The notes under the pieces were generated by a model. The model was not told where the DNA came from and made no database searches. It saw nothing but the letters and a program-made list of their open reading frames with translations. Of a stretch of 56,106 bases of DNA, positions 17,668-28,510 are shown piece by piece. How positions within the stretch are numbered: position 1 is the stretch's first letter; each line of letters begins with the position of its first letter. Both the position numbers and the translations under genes were made by a program. Origin of the DNA: Candidatus Kuenenia stuttgartensis (GTDB taxonomy: Bacteria; Planctomycetota; Planctomycetia; Pirellulales; UBA1268); NCBI GenBank assembly GCA_943332855.1, contig CALQRA010000003.1:1-56106 (forward strand), in the 5' to 3' direction.

Positions 17668-18833
17668 GTGTTCCTGTCGGGCAGATGATCGCGGTCGTTC
17701 GGCATGTCCTCCGCGAGCGGTGGCGTGGCAATCATCGCTACCCGCTCGTGCTCATGCTCGAGCCCCTCTTCCGCTGCAATCTCGCCTGCGGCGGGTGTGG
17801 AAAGATCCAGCAGCCGACGGAGATTCTGCGGTCGCACCTCACGCCGGAGCAGTGTTTCCAAGCGGTCGATGAGTGTGGCGCGCCGATCGTCTCGATCCCC
17901 GGTGGTGAGCCGCTCCTCCATCCGCAGATCGAGCAGATCGTCGCCGGGATCGTCGCCCGGAAGAAGTACCTCTATCTCTGCACCAACGCCCTGAAGTTGG
18001 AGGAGATGCTCCCCCACTTCACCCCCACCCCTTACCTGGCCTTTTCTGTCCACCTCGACGGACCGAAGGAGGAGCACGATCACGCCGTCTGCCGCGACGG
18101 GGTGTACGACGTGGCTGTCGCCGCCATCCGGGCTGCGCGGAGGGCCGGATTTCGGGTGACCACGAACTCGACCCTATTCTCCGACGCCGATCCGATCCGC
18201 TACCGGAGGTTCTTCGACGAGGTGATGGCCCTCGGGGTGGAGGGGATGATGATCTCGCCCGGCTACTCCTACGCGAAGGCCCCCGACCAGGAGCACTTCC
18301 TCGCTCGGCTCCGGAGCCAGTCGCTCTTCGCCCGCATCCTCGAGAACGCCCCGCGGCGCTGGAAGTTCAACCAGTCGCCGGTGTTCCTGGAGTTTCTCAA
18401 AGGCCGGTGGGACCTCGAATGCCGTCCCTGGGGGACGCCGACGTACAACCTCTTCGGCTGGCAGAAACCCTGCTACCTCCTCGATGAGGGCTATGCGACG
18501 AGCTTCGTCGGCCTGATGGAGGAGACGAACTGGTCGGGCTACGGGCGGGCCAGCGGCAATCCGAAGTGTGGGGATTGCATGGTCCACTGCGGCTATGAAC
18601 CGGCCGCCGTCGAGGCGACCTTCGGCTCGCTTGCCGGCCTTCTCGCCACCGCCCGGTTGACGCTCTTCGGGGCACCGAAGCGGCCCCTGCCTCCGCTTCC
18701 CGAGCCGGCCCACCCTGCCCCGCTTCGGGTCCAGGCCAATGGGCTCCACGCGCTCCCGGTGCTGGGGCAGGCGCCGATCCCCCTGCCACTCCCCCTGGAG
18801 AACAACGCACCTGCCTGCGGCCGGGTGGCGTGA
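17664..18833 (+). CDS. hpnH: Adenosyl-hopene transferase (hopanoid radical SAM)
   Basis: 'LMLEPLFRCNLACGGCGKI', 'SIPGGEPLLH', 'PWGTPTYNLFGWQKPCYLL', 'PKCGDCMVHCGYE'; overlaps the shc stop (ATGA). Confidence 0.93.
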   Translation: MSVPVGQMIAVVRHVLRERWRGNHRYPLVLMLEPLFRCNLACGGCGKIQQPTEILRSHLTPEQCFQAVDECGAPIVSIPGGEPLLHPQIEQIVAGIVARKKYLYLCTNALKLEEMLPHFTPTPYLAFSVHLDGPKEEHDHAVCRDGVYDVAVAAIRAARRAGFRVTTNSTLFSDADPIRYRRFFDEVMALGVEGMMISPGYSYAKAPDQEHFLARLRSQSLFARILENAPRRWKFNQSPVFLEFLKGRWDLECRPWGTPTYNLFGWQKPCYLLDEGYATSFVGLMEETNWSGYGRASGNPKCGDCMVHCGYEPAAVEATFGSLAGLLATARLTLFGAPKRPLPPLPEPAHPAPLRVQANGLHALPVLGQAPIPLPLPLENNAPACGRVA

Positions 18834-18859
18834 CCGCGGTCCCACGGATGGGGCTTCGG

Positions 18860-18883
18860 TCAGCCGAGCGTTCAGCCGAGCGT
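18860..18883. repeat. 12-bp direct duplication spanning the ROK stop codon
   Basis: TCAGCCGAGCGT x2 at the convergent hpnH/ROK junction. Confidence 0.7.
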
Positions 18884-19882
18884 TCTTGAGGCTTCGATCG
18901 CCGCCCCTCGGGCTCCGGCGGTGTCGCCGTCGCGGATGACGTGGATCGGGATCCCGGCCTGCTCCTCCCGTTGGGTCGGCATGCCCCGGCGGATCTCGTC
19001 GACGAACCAATCGCGAAAAGCGGCGCTCGTCTCGACGGCCCCGCCCCCCACGATCAGGGCGTCGGGATCGAAGACGTTGACCATCTCGTCGAAGAACAGG
19101 CCGAGAGCCCGGGCCTGCACGCGGAAGATCTCCCGGCAAAGCTCGTCGCCGCGCTCCGCCATCCCGCGGACGCGTTTGGCCGCCTCGGCGGGGTTGGCCA
19201 GCCGGGCGAGCTCGTGCCCGGGGTGCTTGGCGAGGAACCAGGGGAGGAGCGTCCGGCGGATCGCCGTCAGCGAGCAGAGCGACTCCAAATCACCCCTCCG
19301 CCCGCAGTTGCACTGCGGATCGATCCCCTCAATCCCCGGAATCAGGGTCCAGGGGATGAGAACGTGCCCCAGCTCGCCGCCGAATCCCCGCCTCCCCACC
19401 ACGACCCTGCCGCCATGGATCACACCGCCACCGAGCCCGGTGCCGACGATCGCCGCGACGCTCGTGGCATCTGGATCGTTGCCGAACAGGGCGACGTGGC
19501 CCCACAGGGCGGCCGCGTTGCCGTCGTTGAGGTAGGTGACCGGGAGGCCGGTCCGCGCGGAGACAGCGGCGCGGATGTCGAAGCCGGCCCAGTCGGCGTG
19601 GGCAAAGTTCGTCGAGCCGCGCCGGCTCAAGACGCCGCCGGCACTCGCCGGCCCGGGGGTGTCGAGGCCGATCGCCGCCACGTCGGCGAGCTCCAAGCCG
19701 GCCTGGCCGGCGGCGATCGCCAGCCCGTCGACGATCTGACCGAGGCAGACATCGGGCCCCTCGACGCTCCGGGCGGGGTGCTCGCAGAGACCATCGATGA
19801 GGAACCGGCCGGCCGAATCGAGGAACGTGAAGTTGATGGCCGTCCCCCCGAGATCGATACCGGCGACGACACGACGGATCAT
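18872..19882 (-). CDS. ROK family sugar kinase (glucokinase-like)
   Basis: 'GIDLGGT', 'NDGNAAALW', 'GTGLGGG', 'GELGH', Zn motif 'CNCGRRGDLESLCS'. Confidence 0.9.
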   Translation of the reverse strand: MIRRVVAGIDLGGTAINFTFLDSAGRFLIDGLCEHPARSVEGPDVCLGQIVDGLAIAAGQAGLELADVAAIGLDTPGPASAGGVLSRRGSTNFAHADWAGFDIRAAVSARTGLPVTYLNDGNAAALWGHVALFGNDPDATSVAAIVGTGLGGGVIHGGRVVVGRRGFGGELGHVLIPWTLIPGIEGIDPQCNCGRRGDLESLCSLTAIRRTLLPWFLAKHPGHELARLANPAEAAKRVRGMAERGDELCREIFRVQARALGLFFDEMVNVFDPDALIVGGGAVETSAAFRDWFVDEIRRGMPTQREEQAGIPIHVIRDGDTAGARGAAIEASRTLG

Positions 19883-20331
19883 GGGGAATCCTTCCCAGTG
19901 GGGGTGGAGGCGGCAAGCACGCCACGTTTGACATGCCCCAGAATCGCCCGCAGGCCCCGCGTGCGGAGGATTCCGAGCACCTGCGACAGCCCCATCCGAT
20001 CGAGGAGATCGTCACGAACGGAGAGCACTTCATCGACGGGGCGGCCGTCGACCGCCTCCGCGAGGATCGCGACGAACCCCATCACGGTCGGAGCCTCGGG
20101 GGCGACCTCGGCGTGGAGCTTTGCCCCCTCGGCGGTCATCTCCGGCCAGAGGTAGACCGGCGTCTGGCATTCATGGACGCGGTGATCCCCGCTGGCACGG
20201 CGGGAGACGATGTGGGGTGGGAGCGCAGGGAGCCGGGCAGCGAACTCGAGGAGCAGTTCGAGTTTCTCCCGCCCTTCAAGGTCGCTGAAATCGTCGACGA
20301 TCGAATCGATCCGTTGGGCGACGCTGCTCAT
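19879..20331 (-). CDS. sufE: SufE family sulfur-acceptor protein
   Basis: 'EKLELLLEFAARLP', conserved Cys in 'RVHECQTPV', 'APTVMGFVAIL', 'GLSQVL...RTRGL'; stop overlaps the ROK start. Confidence 0.82.
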   Translation of the reverse strand: MSSVAQRIDSIVDDFSDLEGREKLELLLEFAARLPALPPHIVSRRASGDHRVHECQTPVYLWPEMTAEGAKLHAEVAPEAPTVMGFVAILAEAVDGRPVDEVLSVRDDLLDRMGLSQVLGILRTRGLRAILGHVKRGVLAASTPTGKDSP

Positions 20332-20434
20332 GTCGAAAGGTTCAGGAGGACGGGACCGGCTGGATCGATCGCTGCCCACATAAGCAGCGACAGCCGGAGG
20401 AGCCACGACCGCCCGGCCCCCCGGGAATGACGAG

Positions 20435-21304
20435 TCACGCCGGCGAACCATCGGGCGTGGTTCCCTTGACGACCGGGACACCGACGCAATTGCCCCACTC
20501 CATCCAGGAGCCGTCGTAGTTCTTCACCTTCGCGAAACCGAGCAGGTAGGTGAGGACGAACCAGGTCAGGCTCGACCGCTCGCCGATCCGGCAATAGGCG
20601 ATCGTGGGGGAACGGCGTTTCAGTCCCGCCCCCTTCACATACAGCTTCTCGAGATCCTTGGCCGATTTGAAGGTCCCATCCTCGTTGACCGACAGCGGCC
20701 AGGGGATGTTGACGGCACCGGGGATGTGGCCACCCCGCAGGGCACCCTCGTTGGGGTAGTCGGGCATGTGGAGGCGATCACCGCAGTATTCCTCCGGGGA
20801 GCGGACGTCGACGAGGGGCCTGCCCCCCTTCTGGTGCCTGAGAACCTCGTCGCGGAAGGCCCGCACCGAGCCGTCCTGCTCCGGGGCGGTGTAGTGCCCC
20901 GGCTTCACGTGGACGCGGTCGGTCGACCAGGGGCGCTCATCAAGTTGCCACTTCTTGCGGCCGCCGTCCATGATCCGGCAGTCTTTGTGGCCATAGAGCT
21001 TGAACACCCAAAACGCATAGCAGGCCCACCAGTTGTTCCTGTCGCCGTAGAAGACGACGGTCGTGTCGTTGGAGATCCCGTTGGCCTGGCAGAGCTTCTC
21101 GAAGCCTGCCCGGTCGACGTAGTCCCGCCGCACCTGGTCCTGGAGGTCGACCTGCCAGTCGATCTCGACGGCCCCGGCCACGTGCCCCTGGGTGTAGAGC
21201 GCCCGATCCTCGTTCGATTCGACGATCCGCACGTGCGGATCGTGGGCATGCTCGGCCACCCACTCGGTGGTCACCAGGACATCGGGATTCGCGTAGCCAG
21301 CCAT
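20435..21304 (-). CDS. Tandem-domain rhodanese / thiosulfate sulfurtransferase (SseA/CysA type)
   Basis: '[13 protein letters not shown]', '[10 protein letters not shown]', 'GHIPGA', active-site '[10 protein letters not shown]', 'YDGSWMEWG'. Confidence 0.92.
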   Translation of the reverse strand: MAGYANPDVLVTTEWVAEHAHDPHVRIVESNEDRALYTQGHVAGAVEIDWQVDLQDQVRRDYVDRAGFEKLCQANGISNDTTVVFYGDRNNWWACYAFWVFKLYGHKDCRIMDGGRKKWQLDERPWSTDRVHVKPGHYTAPEQDGSVRAFRDEVLRHQKGGRPLVDVRSPEEYCGDRLHMPDYPNEGALRGGHIPGAVNIPWPLSVNEDGTFKSAKDLEKLYVKGAGLKRRSPTIAYCRIGERSSLTWFVLTYLLGFAKVKNYDGSWMEWGNCVGVPVVKGTTPDGSPA

Positions 21305-21552
21305 GGATTCGGATTCTCCTCGCCGTTGGTCGGGGCGGCTGCCTCGGATGGAGACCGCCGCGGGAATCGTAGTGGATGGGGATCCCACCGTCCATCAGCC
21401 CCCCGCCACCGCGACCAGCGGCGGGCAAGGGGGGGCGGGAGCATGCCCCTCTCCGGCACGGTCCACGGTCCCGGCTCCGGGTGGTATCATGTTCGATCTT
21501 TCCTGCCCGCGGCCTGGCCGCGATCCCACCCCTCCGCACAGAAGACTTCCCG

Positions 21553-23226
21553 ATGGGCGCCGCCTTCATCTATCAGATCACCGACCTGACCAAGAAGTTC
21601 GGACAGCGGGAACTGCTCAAGAACATCAATATCGCCTTCTACCCGGGGGCGAAGATCGGCCTCCTCGGCCGCAACGGCTCCGGCAAGAGCACGCTCATGA
21701 AGATCATGGCGGGCATCGACCGGGAGTACGAGGGGGAAACCCGCCTCGCCGACGGCTACACGGCCGGCTATCTGGAGCAGGAGCCGAAGCTCGACCCGAC
21801 GAAGTCGGTGTTTGAGAACGTCATGGAGGCCGTCGCCCCGACGCGGGCCATCCTCACCCGGTTCGAGGCGATCAACGCCCGTCTGGGGGAGCCGATGGAG
21901 CCGGAAGAGATGGAGAAACTGCTCTCGGAGCAGGCGACCGTCCAAGACCAGATCGAGGCCCGCGGGGCCTGGGATCTCGACCGACGCGTGGAGATCGCGA
22001 TGGACGCGATGAATCTCCCGCCCGGTGACTGGGAGGTGACCAACCTCTCCGGCGGCGAGCGGCGGCGCGTGGCGCTGTGCAAGCTCCTCCTCGAACGCCC
22101 CGACATGCTCCTTCTCGACGAACCGACGAACCATCTCGACGCCGAGAGCGTCAACTGGCTCGAGAAGCACCTCGCGGAATATGCCGGCACCGTCGTGGCC
22201 GTGACCCACGACCGCTACTTCCTCGACAACGTCGCGAAATGGATCCTCGAGGTCGACCACGGGCGGGGAATCCCCTTCGAGGGGAATTATTCGTCGTGGC
22301 TCTTTCAGAAGAAGGCCCGCCTCGAGCTCGAGGAGAAGCAGGCCAGCGTCCGCCAGAAAACGCTCGACAAGGAGCTGGAGTGGATCCGGATGTCGCCGAA
22401 GGCGCGGCAGGCCAAGAGCAAGGCGCGCGTCTCCTCCTACGAGAAGCTGGCCGCCGAACAGGCCTCCACCCGCGACTCCGAGGTGGAGATCTTCATCCCG
22501 GCCAGCCGTCCGCTCGGCGATCTGGTCATCGAGGGGGTGGGGCTCTCCAAGGCCTTCGGCGACAAGGTGCTGTTTGAAAACCTCTCCTTCCGCCTTCCCC
22601 CCGGGGGGATCGTCGGCATCATCGGGCCCAACGGCGCCGGCAAGACGACGCTCTTCCGGATGCTCGTCGGCCAGGAGAAGCCCGATTCCGGCATCCTCCG
22701 CATCGGGGCCACCGTCGACATCGGCTACGTCGACCAGAGCCGCGATGCCCTCGATCCCACCAAGACGGTGTTCCAGGAGATCTCCGGCGGGCATGACACG
22801 ATCGAGCTCGGCAAGCGGACGGTCAATGCGCGGAGCTACGTCGCCAAGTTCAACTTCCAAGGGCCCGACCAGCAGAAGAAGGTCGGGACGCTCTCCGGCG
22901 GCGAACGCAACCGCGTCCATCTCGCCAAGCTTCTCCGCGGTGGCGCCAACCTCCTCCTCCTCGACGAACCGACCAACGACCTCGACATCGATACGCTCCG
23001 TTCCCTCGAGGAGGGGATCACGAGCTTCGCAGGCTCGGTCGTGGTCATCACCCACGACCGGTGGTTCCTCGATCGCCTCGCCACCCACATCATCGCCTTC
23101 GAAGGGGACGGCTACGTCCACGTCTGCGAGGGGAACTTCGAGGCCTACGAGGTCAACCGGCGCGAGCGCCAGGGGATGGGGGCCGACGAGCCGCACCGCT
23201 TTCGCTACAAGAAGCTCCAACACTGA
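21553..23226 (+). CDS. ettA: Energy-dependent translational throttle protein (ABC-F)
   Basis: Two ABC domains (GRNGSGKST / LSGGERRRVALC / DEPTNHLD; GPNGAGKTT / LSGGERNRVHLA), no TM segments, 'ELEWIRMSPKARQAKSKAR' linker. Confidence 0.93.
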   Translation: MGAAFIYQITDLTKKFGQRELLKNINIAFYPGAKIGLLGRNGSGKSTLMKIMAGIDREYEGETRLADGYTAGYLEQEPKLDPTKSVFENVMEAVAPTRAILTRFEAINARLGEPMEPEEMEKLLSEQATVQDQIEARGAWDLDRRVEIAMDAMNLPPGDWEVTNLSGGERRRVALCKLLLERPDMLLLDEPTNHLDAESVNWLEKHLAEYAGTVVAVTHDRYFLDNVAKWILEVDHGRGIPFEGNYSSWLFQKKARLELEEKQASVRQKTLDKELEWIRMSPKARQAKSKARVSSYEKLAAEQASTRDSEVEIFIPASRPLGDLVIEGVGLSKAFGDKVLFENLSFRLPPGGIVGIIGPNGAGKTTLFRMLVGQEKPDSGILRIGATVDIGYVDQSRDALDPTKTVFQEISGGHDTIELGKRTVNARSYVAKFNFQGPDQQKKVGTLSGGERNRVHLAKLLRGGANLLLLDEPTNDLDIDTLRSLEEGITSFAGSVVVITHDRWFLDRLATHIIAFEGDGYVHVCEGNFEAYEVNRRERQGMGADEPHRFRYKKLQH

Positions 23227-23263
23227 TTGGCGGCGGGGGCGATTGCCCTCGTCGGAGACTCGA

Positions 23264-24292
<1,029 letters not shown>

Positions 24293-24365
24293 CGTGCGTT
24301 CCAGGCTGAAATTGGCGGGAGCGGGGGCGATCAGAAGGAGAAGCCGATATCCTAGCTTTCCGCTG

Positions 24366-24388
24366 ACAAAGCCATCCATGGCTTTTGT
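24366..24388. repeat. REP-like hairpin with CATCCATG core (copy 3)
   Basis: acaaa-GCCAT-cc-ATGGC-t-tttgt in the divergent ispH/hpnC intergenic region. Confidence 0.6.
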
Positions 24389-24423
24389 TCACGCCGTGCA
24401 CCCTTGAAAAAGCCGTCCGCCCC

Positions 24424-25422
24424 ATGGTCCGCCCCACCATCCAGCCGACGATTGCCGCCCGGAACGCCGATCCCGACTCTCGCGATCCCACCCCCTGGGC
24501 CCTCCACGAGGTGCCGCGCGACCTCGATCTGGCCACCGCCGAGACCTGGTGCCGGCGGGTCGCGGAGAGTCACTACGAGAACTTCACCGTCGCCAGTCGG
24601 ATCGTTCCGGCCCGGCTCCGTCAGGATCTCGCCAACGTCTACGCCTACGCCCGGTGGAGCGACGACCTCGCCGACGAGGCGGCCTCCCCTGCGGCGGCGG
24701 AGGAAGCGCTCGGCGCGTGGCGGCGCCGGCTCGAGTCCTGCTTCGCAGGCCGGCCCGATCATCCGGTGTTTGTGGCGCTGGCCGACACGGTGCGCCGCAC
24801 CGCGGTGGGGATCGAGCCTTTCGCCCACCTCCTCGACGCCTTCGACGAGGACCAGCGGTTCGATGCCGCTGCGATCACCGTCAGGTATGGGACGCGCGAC
24901 GAACTGGTCGCCTACTGTCGGCGCTCCGCCGATCCGGTCGGCCGGATCGTCCTCGCGCTCGACGGCTGTCGGGATCCGGAGTTGGTGGCGATGTCGGATC
25001 GGATCTGCACGGGGCTCCAATTGGTGAACTTCTGGCAGGATGTCTGCCGCGATCGGCGCGCTGGCCGGGTCTACCTGCCGGCCGAGGATCTCCGCCGTCA
25101 CGGTGTCGCCGAATCGTGCCTCGACGAGCCTGTTGGCCCCCCGCCCTTCAGGGCCCTGATCCGTGACGAGGTCGACTGGGCCCGGAGCCTGTTCGATGCC
25201 GGCGCCCCCCTGGCCCGCCTGGCACCACGGAGCCTGCGCGGGGCGATTGGGATGTTTCTCGCCGGAGGACGTGCCGTGGCTGATGCAATCGAGACGATCG
25301 GCTTCGACACCCTCCGTGCCCGCCCGTCGCTGGGCCGATGGCAGAAGGCCCGCCTGGCGGCCCGGGCGGCGTGTGCCGTCGCCGGCGGGGCCCTCGCCGA
25401 CGCGTTGCGGGGGAAGCGATGA
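24424..25422 (+). CDS. hpnC: Hydroxysqualene synthase
   Basis: 'HYENFTVAS', 'YAYARWSDDLADE', 'YCRRSADPVGRIVL', 'ICTGLQLVNFWQDV', 'GRVYLP'. Start uncertain (24385/24424). Confidence 0.9.
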   Translation: MVRPTIQPTIAARNADPDSRDPTPWALHEVPRDLDLATAETWCRRVAESHYENFTVASRIVPARLRQDLANVYAYARWSDDLADEAASPAAAEEALGAWRRRLESCFAGRPDHPVFVALADTVRRTAVGIEPFAHLLDAFDEDQRFDAAAITVRYGTRDELVAYCRRSADPVGRIVLALDGCRDPELVAMSDRICTGLQLVNFWQDVCRDRRAGRVYLPAEDLRRHGVAESCLDEPVGPPPFRALIRDEVDWARSLFDAGAPLARLAPRSLRGAIGMFLAGGRAVADAIETIGFDTLRARPSLGRWQKARLAARAACAVAGGALADALRGKR

Positions 25423-26303
25423 GCGGGCTTGCTGCTGATCACGACGCCTGCGCCACGGCTTTGAGACGGAGCGGTTCGAGCTTCAGCTTGCCGATTCGTC
25501 TCCTCCCCGCGGAGAAACGCCGTGGCACCACGGCGCTCTATGCCTTCTGCCGCCGCGCGGATGACATCGTCGACGGTGGCTCGGGGGAGCGGGTCGATCC
25601 CCAGGCTGCGGAAGCGGCCCTCGATGCCTTCGCCGCCGATCTCGAAGGGGCCTTGCGGGGGGCTGGTTCGGCCGACCCGGTGATCCGTGCGCTCGTCGAC
25701 ACCGTCCGCCGCTACGGCATCCCCCCCGACTACCTCCGGGCCGTGCTCGACGGCGTGCGGATGGATCTCCATCCACTGGAGATTCCCGATGTCGAGGCGC
25801 TCGAGCGCTACTGCGGCCGCGTCGCCAGCGCTGTCGGTCTGGCGGCGATCCACATTTGGGGATTCCGTTCGTCGGAGGCGATCCCCGCCGCTCACGCCTG
25901 CGGATTGGCTTTCCAACTGACGAACATCCTCCGCGACATCCCCGAGGATCTCGACCGCGGCAGGCTCTATCTCCCCGCCGCGGATCTGGCCGCTGCCGGA
26001 TGCAGCCGCGCCGACCTCTGTCGTCCGGATGTGACCGATGCCCTCCGTCGACTCGCCGCGATCGAGGTGGCCAGGGCCGATGGCTATTACCGGTGCGCCC
26101 GGGCCCTCGACGGACTCCTCTCCACCGACGGGCGGATCGTTTTCCGGGCGATGTATGGGGCCTACCGGACCATCTTCCATGCCGTGCGACGGAGCGGTGC
26201 CGGGATTTTTTCTTTGCGTGTCAGCCCACCGAAAATGCTCCTGGCAGGGGCGGCCTTGGTATCGGTTGCCACCGGCCCCCGGGGAATCGGTGACTCATGG
26301 TGA
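25419..26303 (+). CDS. hpnD: Presqualene diphosphate synthase
   Basis: 'SGSSFSL', 'LYAFCRRADDIVD', 'YCGRVASAVG', 'AFQLTNILRDIPED...RLYLP'; overlaps the hpnC stop (ATGA). Confidence 0.9.
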   Translation: MSGLAADHDACATALRRSGSSFSLPIRLLPAEKRRGTTALYAFCRRADDIVDGGSGERVDPQAAEAALDAFAADLEGALRGAGSADPVIRALVDTVRRYGIPPDYLRAVLDGVRMDLHPLEIPDVEALERYCGRVASAVGLAAIHIWGFRSSEAIPAAHACGLAFQLTNILRDIPEDLDRGRLYLPAADLAAAGCSRADLCRPDVTDALRRLAAIEVARADGYYRCARALDGLLSTDGRIVFRAMYGAYRTIFHAVRRSGAGIFSLRVSPPKMLLAGAALVSVATGPRGIGDSW

Positions 26304-27700
26304 AGGCTCCCACCACGCCTCATGTTGTTGTCGTCGGTGCGGGCTTGGCCGGCCTGGCGGCTGCCGCGGCGCTCGTCGAGGGGGGCTGTCGGGTGACGGT
26401 GCTCGAGGCGCGGCGGCGGGTCGGGGGCCGCGCCGCCTCGTTCGATGATCCCGTCGGTGGCGGGCTCGTCGATGCCTGCCAGCATGTCGCCATGGGGTGT
26501 TGCACGAACTTCCTCGATCTCGCCCGTCGGGCGGGGTTTGCCGGGAGCCTGCGGCACGACCGGACGCTGTGGTTCATCTCGCCGGAGGGGGATCGTTCGG
26601 CATGCACCCCATGGTCGAGCCTGCCGGCGCCGCTCCACCTCGCTCCGCTCCTCTTCGGGATGCGGCACTTCTCCTGGTGGGAGCGTGCCCGGCTCGGCCT
26701 CGGAATGCTCCGCCTCGCCCGCGCTCGCGGTGCGGCGCTCGATGACACCGCGGCGGCGTGGCTCAAGCGAATCGGCCAGCCGGAGCGGGTCGTGCGGCTC
26801 TTCTGGCAACCGGTCCTGGAAAGTGCCCTCGGCGAATCGATCGATCTCGTCAGCGTGTCGGCGGCACGGAAGGTGGCCGTCGATGGGTTTCTCGCCCACC
26901 CTCAAGCCGCCGATCTCCATGTCCCCGTGGAGCCGCTCGGCGTCCTCTTCGGTGAGCGATTGCTCGACTGGTTGCGGGAGACCGGCGTCCGGATCGAGAC
27001 CGGCACGCCCGTCCAGGGCATCGAGCGCGACGGAGGCGAAGTTCGTGGTGTCTGTATCCCGGGCGGTGTGGTGGCCTGTGATGGTGTCGTCGTCGCCGTC
27101 CCGTGGCGGGCCGCGGCACGACTGGTGCCGGAGTTGGTTCCGCAGGCCGAGGAACGACTCGCGGCGTCGCCGATCACGGCCGTCCATCTGTGGTTCGACC
27201 GGCAAGCCATCGATCTGCCCCATGCCGTGCTCGTGGGGCGCGTGTCGCAGTGGGTGTTTCGGTCCGAGGCCGCTGCCGGCGCGCCCGGGCTTGGCTACTG
27301 CCAGGTCGTGATCAGCGCTTCGCGCGGCCTCCTCGGGGGTGATCGCGATCGACTCGTGGCCACGGTCGTGGACGAGCTCCGGGAGGTGTTTCCGGAAGCG
27401 CGGACCGCAACGCTCCTCGGGAGCCGGGTGGTGACCGATCCGACCGCCGTCCTCTCGGTGCGCCCCGGCGTCGATGCCGTCCGCCCCGGGGCCGCCACCA
27501 GGATCAGGAATATGGCGCTGGCGGGGGATTGGACTGCCACGGGGTGGCCATCGACGATGGAAGGAGCCGTGCGAAGTGGTCGAATCGCCGCGGCGACGCT
27601 GCTGCCGGTGGTCGTGCCGGAGGGACTTCGCCGCAACGACCGCGGGCTTTCCCCCGATTTGCCCCGCGGCCTGCTTGCCCGCCTGCTCTTCGGGGCCTGA
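26297..27700 (+). CDS. hpnE: Hydroxysqualene dehydroxylase (flavin amine-oxidase family)
   Basis: 'VVVVGAGLAGLAAA', 'GGRAASF...DACQHVAMGCCTNF', 'LAGDWTATGWPSTMEGAVRSG'; follows hpnCD. Confidence 0.9.
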   Translation: MVKAPTTPHVVVVGAGLAGLAAAAALVEGGCRVTVLEARRRVGGRAASFDDPVGGGLVDACQHVAMGCCTNFLDLARRAGFAGSLRHDRTLWFISPEGDRSACTPWSSLPAPLHLAPLLFGMRHFSWWERARLGLGMLRLARARGAALDDTAAAWLKRIGQPERVVRLFWQPVLESALGESIDLVSVSAARKVAVDGFLAHPQAADLHVPVEPLGVLFGERLLDWLRETGVRIETGTPVQGIERDGGEVRGVCIPGGVVACDGVVVAVPWRAAARLVPELVPQAEERLAASPITAVHLWFDRQAIDLPHAVLVGRVSQWVFRSEAAAGAPGLGYCQVVISASRGLLGGDRDRLVATVVDELREVFPEARTATLLGSRVVTDPTAVLSVRPGVDAVRPGAATRIRNMALAGDWTATGWPSTMEGAVRSGRIAAATLLPVVVPEGLRRNDRGLSPDLPRGLLARLLFGA

Positions 27701-27742
27701 TCCGCGCGGCAGCGGCCTCCTCCGGGCCGCGGCGCCCTTCGA

Positions 27743-28492
27743 TCATGCTTCCGGAAGGGCGGCGACGAGGCGTTCGAGCGCCGCGGCGAGGGTCCGACCA
27801 TCGACAACGGCGTGCTCCCACAGCCGCCACAGGGTCCCGGCGGCGGCGGGCTTCCGGCCGATCGCGGCCAGGGCGGCCCCGGCGCGCCGGAAGGCCGACT
27901 GGGGGGTCACGAGCCGGGCGATGTCGGCGGGAAGTTCATCCCCCGCCGCGTCCGACACGACTCGCACCGAGGCACAGGGGATCTTCGCCGCGGCGGCGGC
28001 CGCGGCCACGGCGTGGGTCTCCATGTCGACGATGGCAGCGCCAGTGGCGGCGCAGAGGTCGCGCTTCGCCGCGGTCGTGGCCACGACTGAGTCGACGGTA
28101 ACGATGTCCACGTCGGTGGAGGCTGCCGGAAGCAGCGAGGCGAACCGAGCGAGAGGAAATCGTGGAGCACCCCCGCGCACCGTGCCGGTGGCAAGCACCA
28201 CAGCCCCCCGGGCGAGCGCCGGGTCGAGGCCCCCTGCGAATCCAGCGCTGACCAAGAGTGCGGGGGCGTGCCCCTCAAGGAGCACCGTGGCGGCCCGGCC
28301 GGCAGCGGCGATCCCGGCGCCCGAGACGACCCAGGTCACCCGTCGTCCGGCGATCGTCCCCTCGTGGAACGACAGCACCGGGCCGCGGAAGGTCGTCGCG
28401 TCGCGAACGCGCGCGGCGAACGGGTCGGCCTCGATCTCGAGGGCAAAGATGAAGCCGGCGGCACAGCGTTGGGGGGGGAATCGAGTCATCAC
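27743..28492 (-). CDS. Nucleoside phosphorylase / MTA-SAH nucleosidase family, HpnG-like
   Basis: 'FALEIEA', 'SGAG...A', 'LVSAGFAGGLDPAL', 'AIVDMETHAVA', 'VRVVSD'; adjacent to hpnE. Confidence 0.72.
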   Translation of the reverse strand: MMTRFPPQRCAAGFIFALEIEADPFAARVRDATTFRGPVLSFHEGTIAGRRVTWVVSGAGIAAAGRAATVLLEGHAPALLVSAGFAGGLDPALARGAVVLATGTVRGGAPRFPLARFASLLPAASTDVDIVTVDSVVATTAAKRDLCAATGAAIVDMETHAVAAAAAAAKIPCASVRVVSDAAGDELPADIARLVTPQSAFRRAGAALAAIGRKPAAAGTLWRLWEHAVVDGRTLAAALERLVAALPEA

Positions 28493-28510
28493 ACCTGTCC
28501 GGGACGGGAA

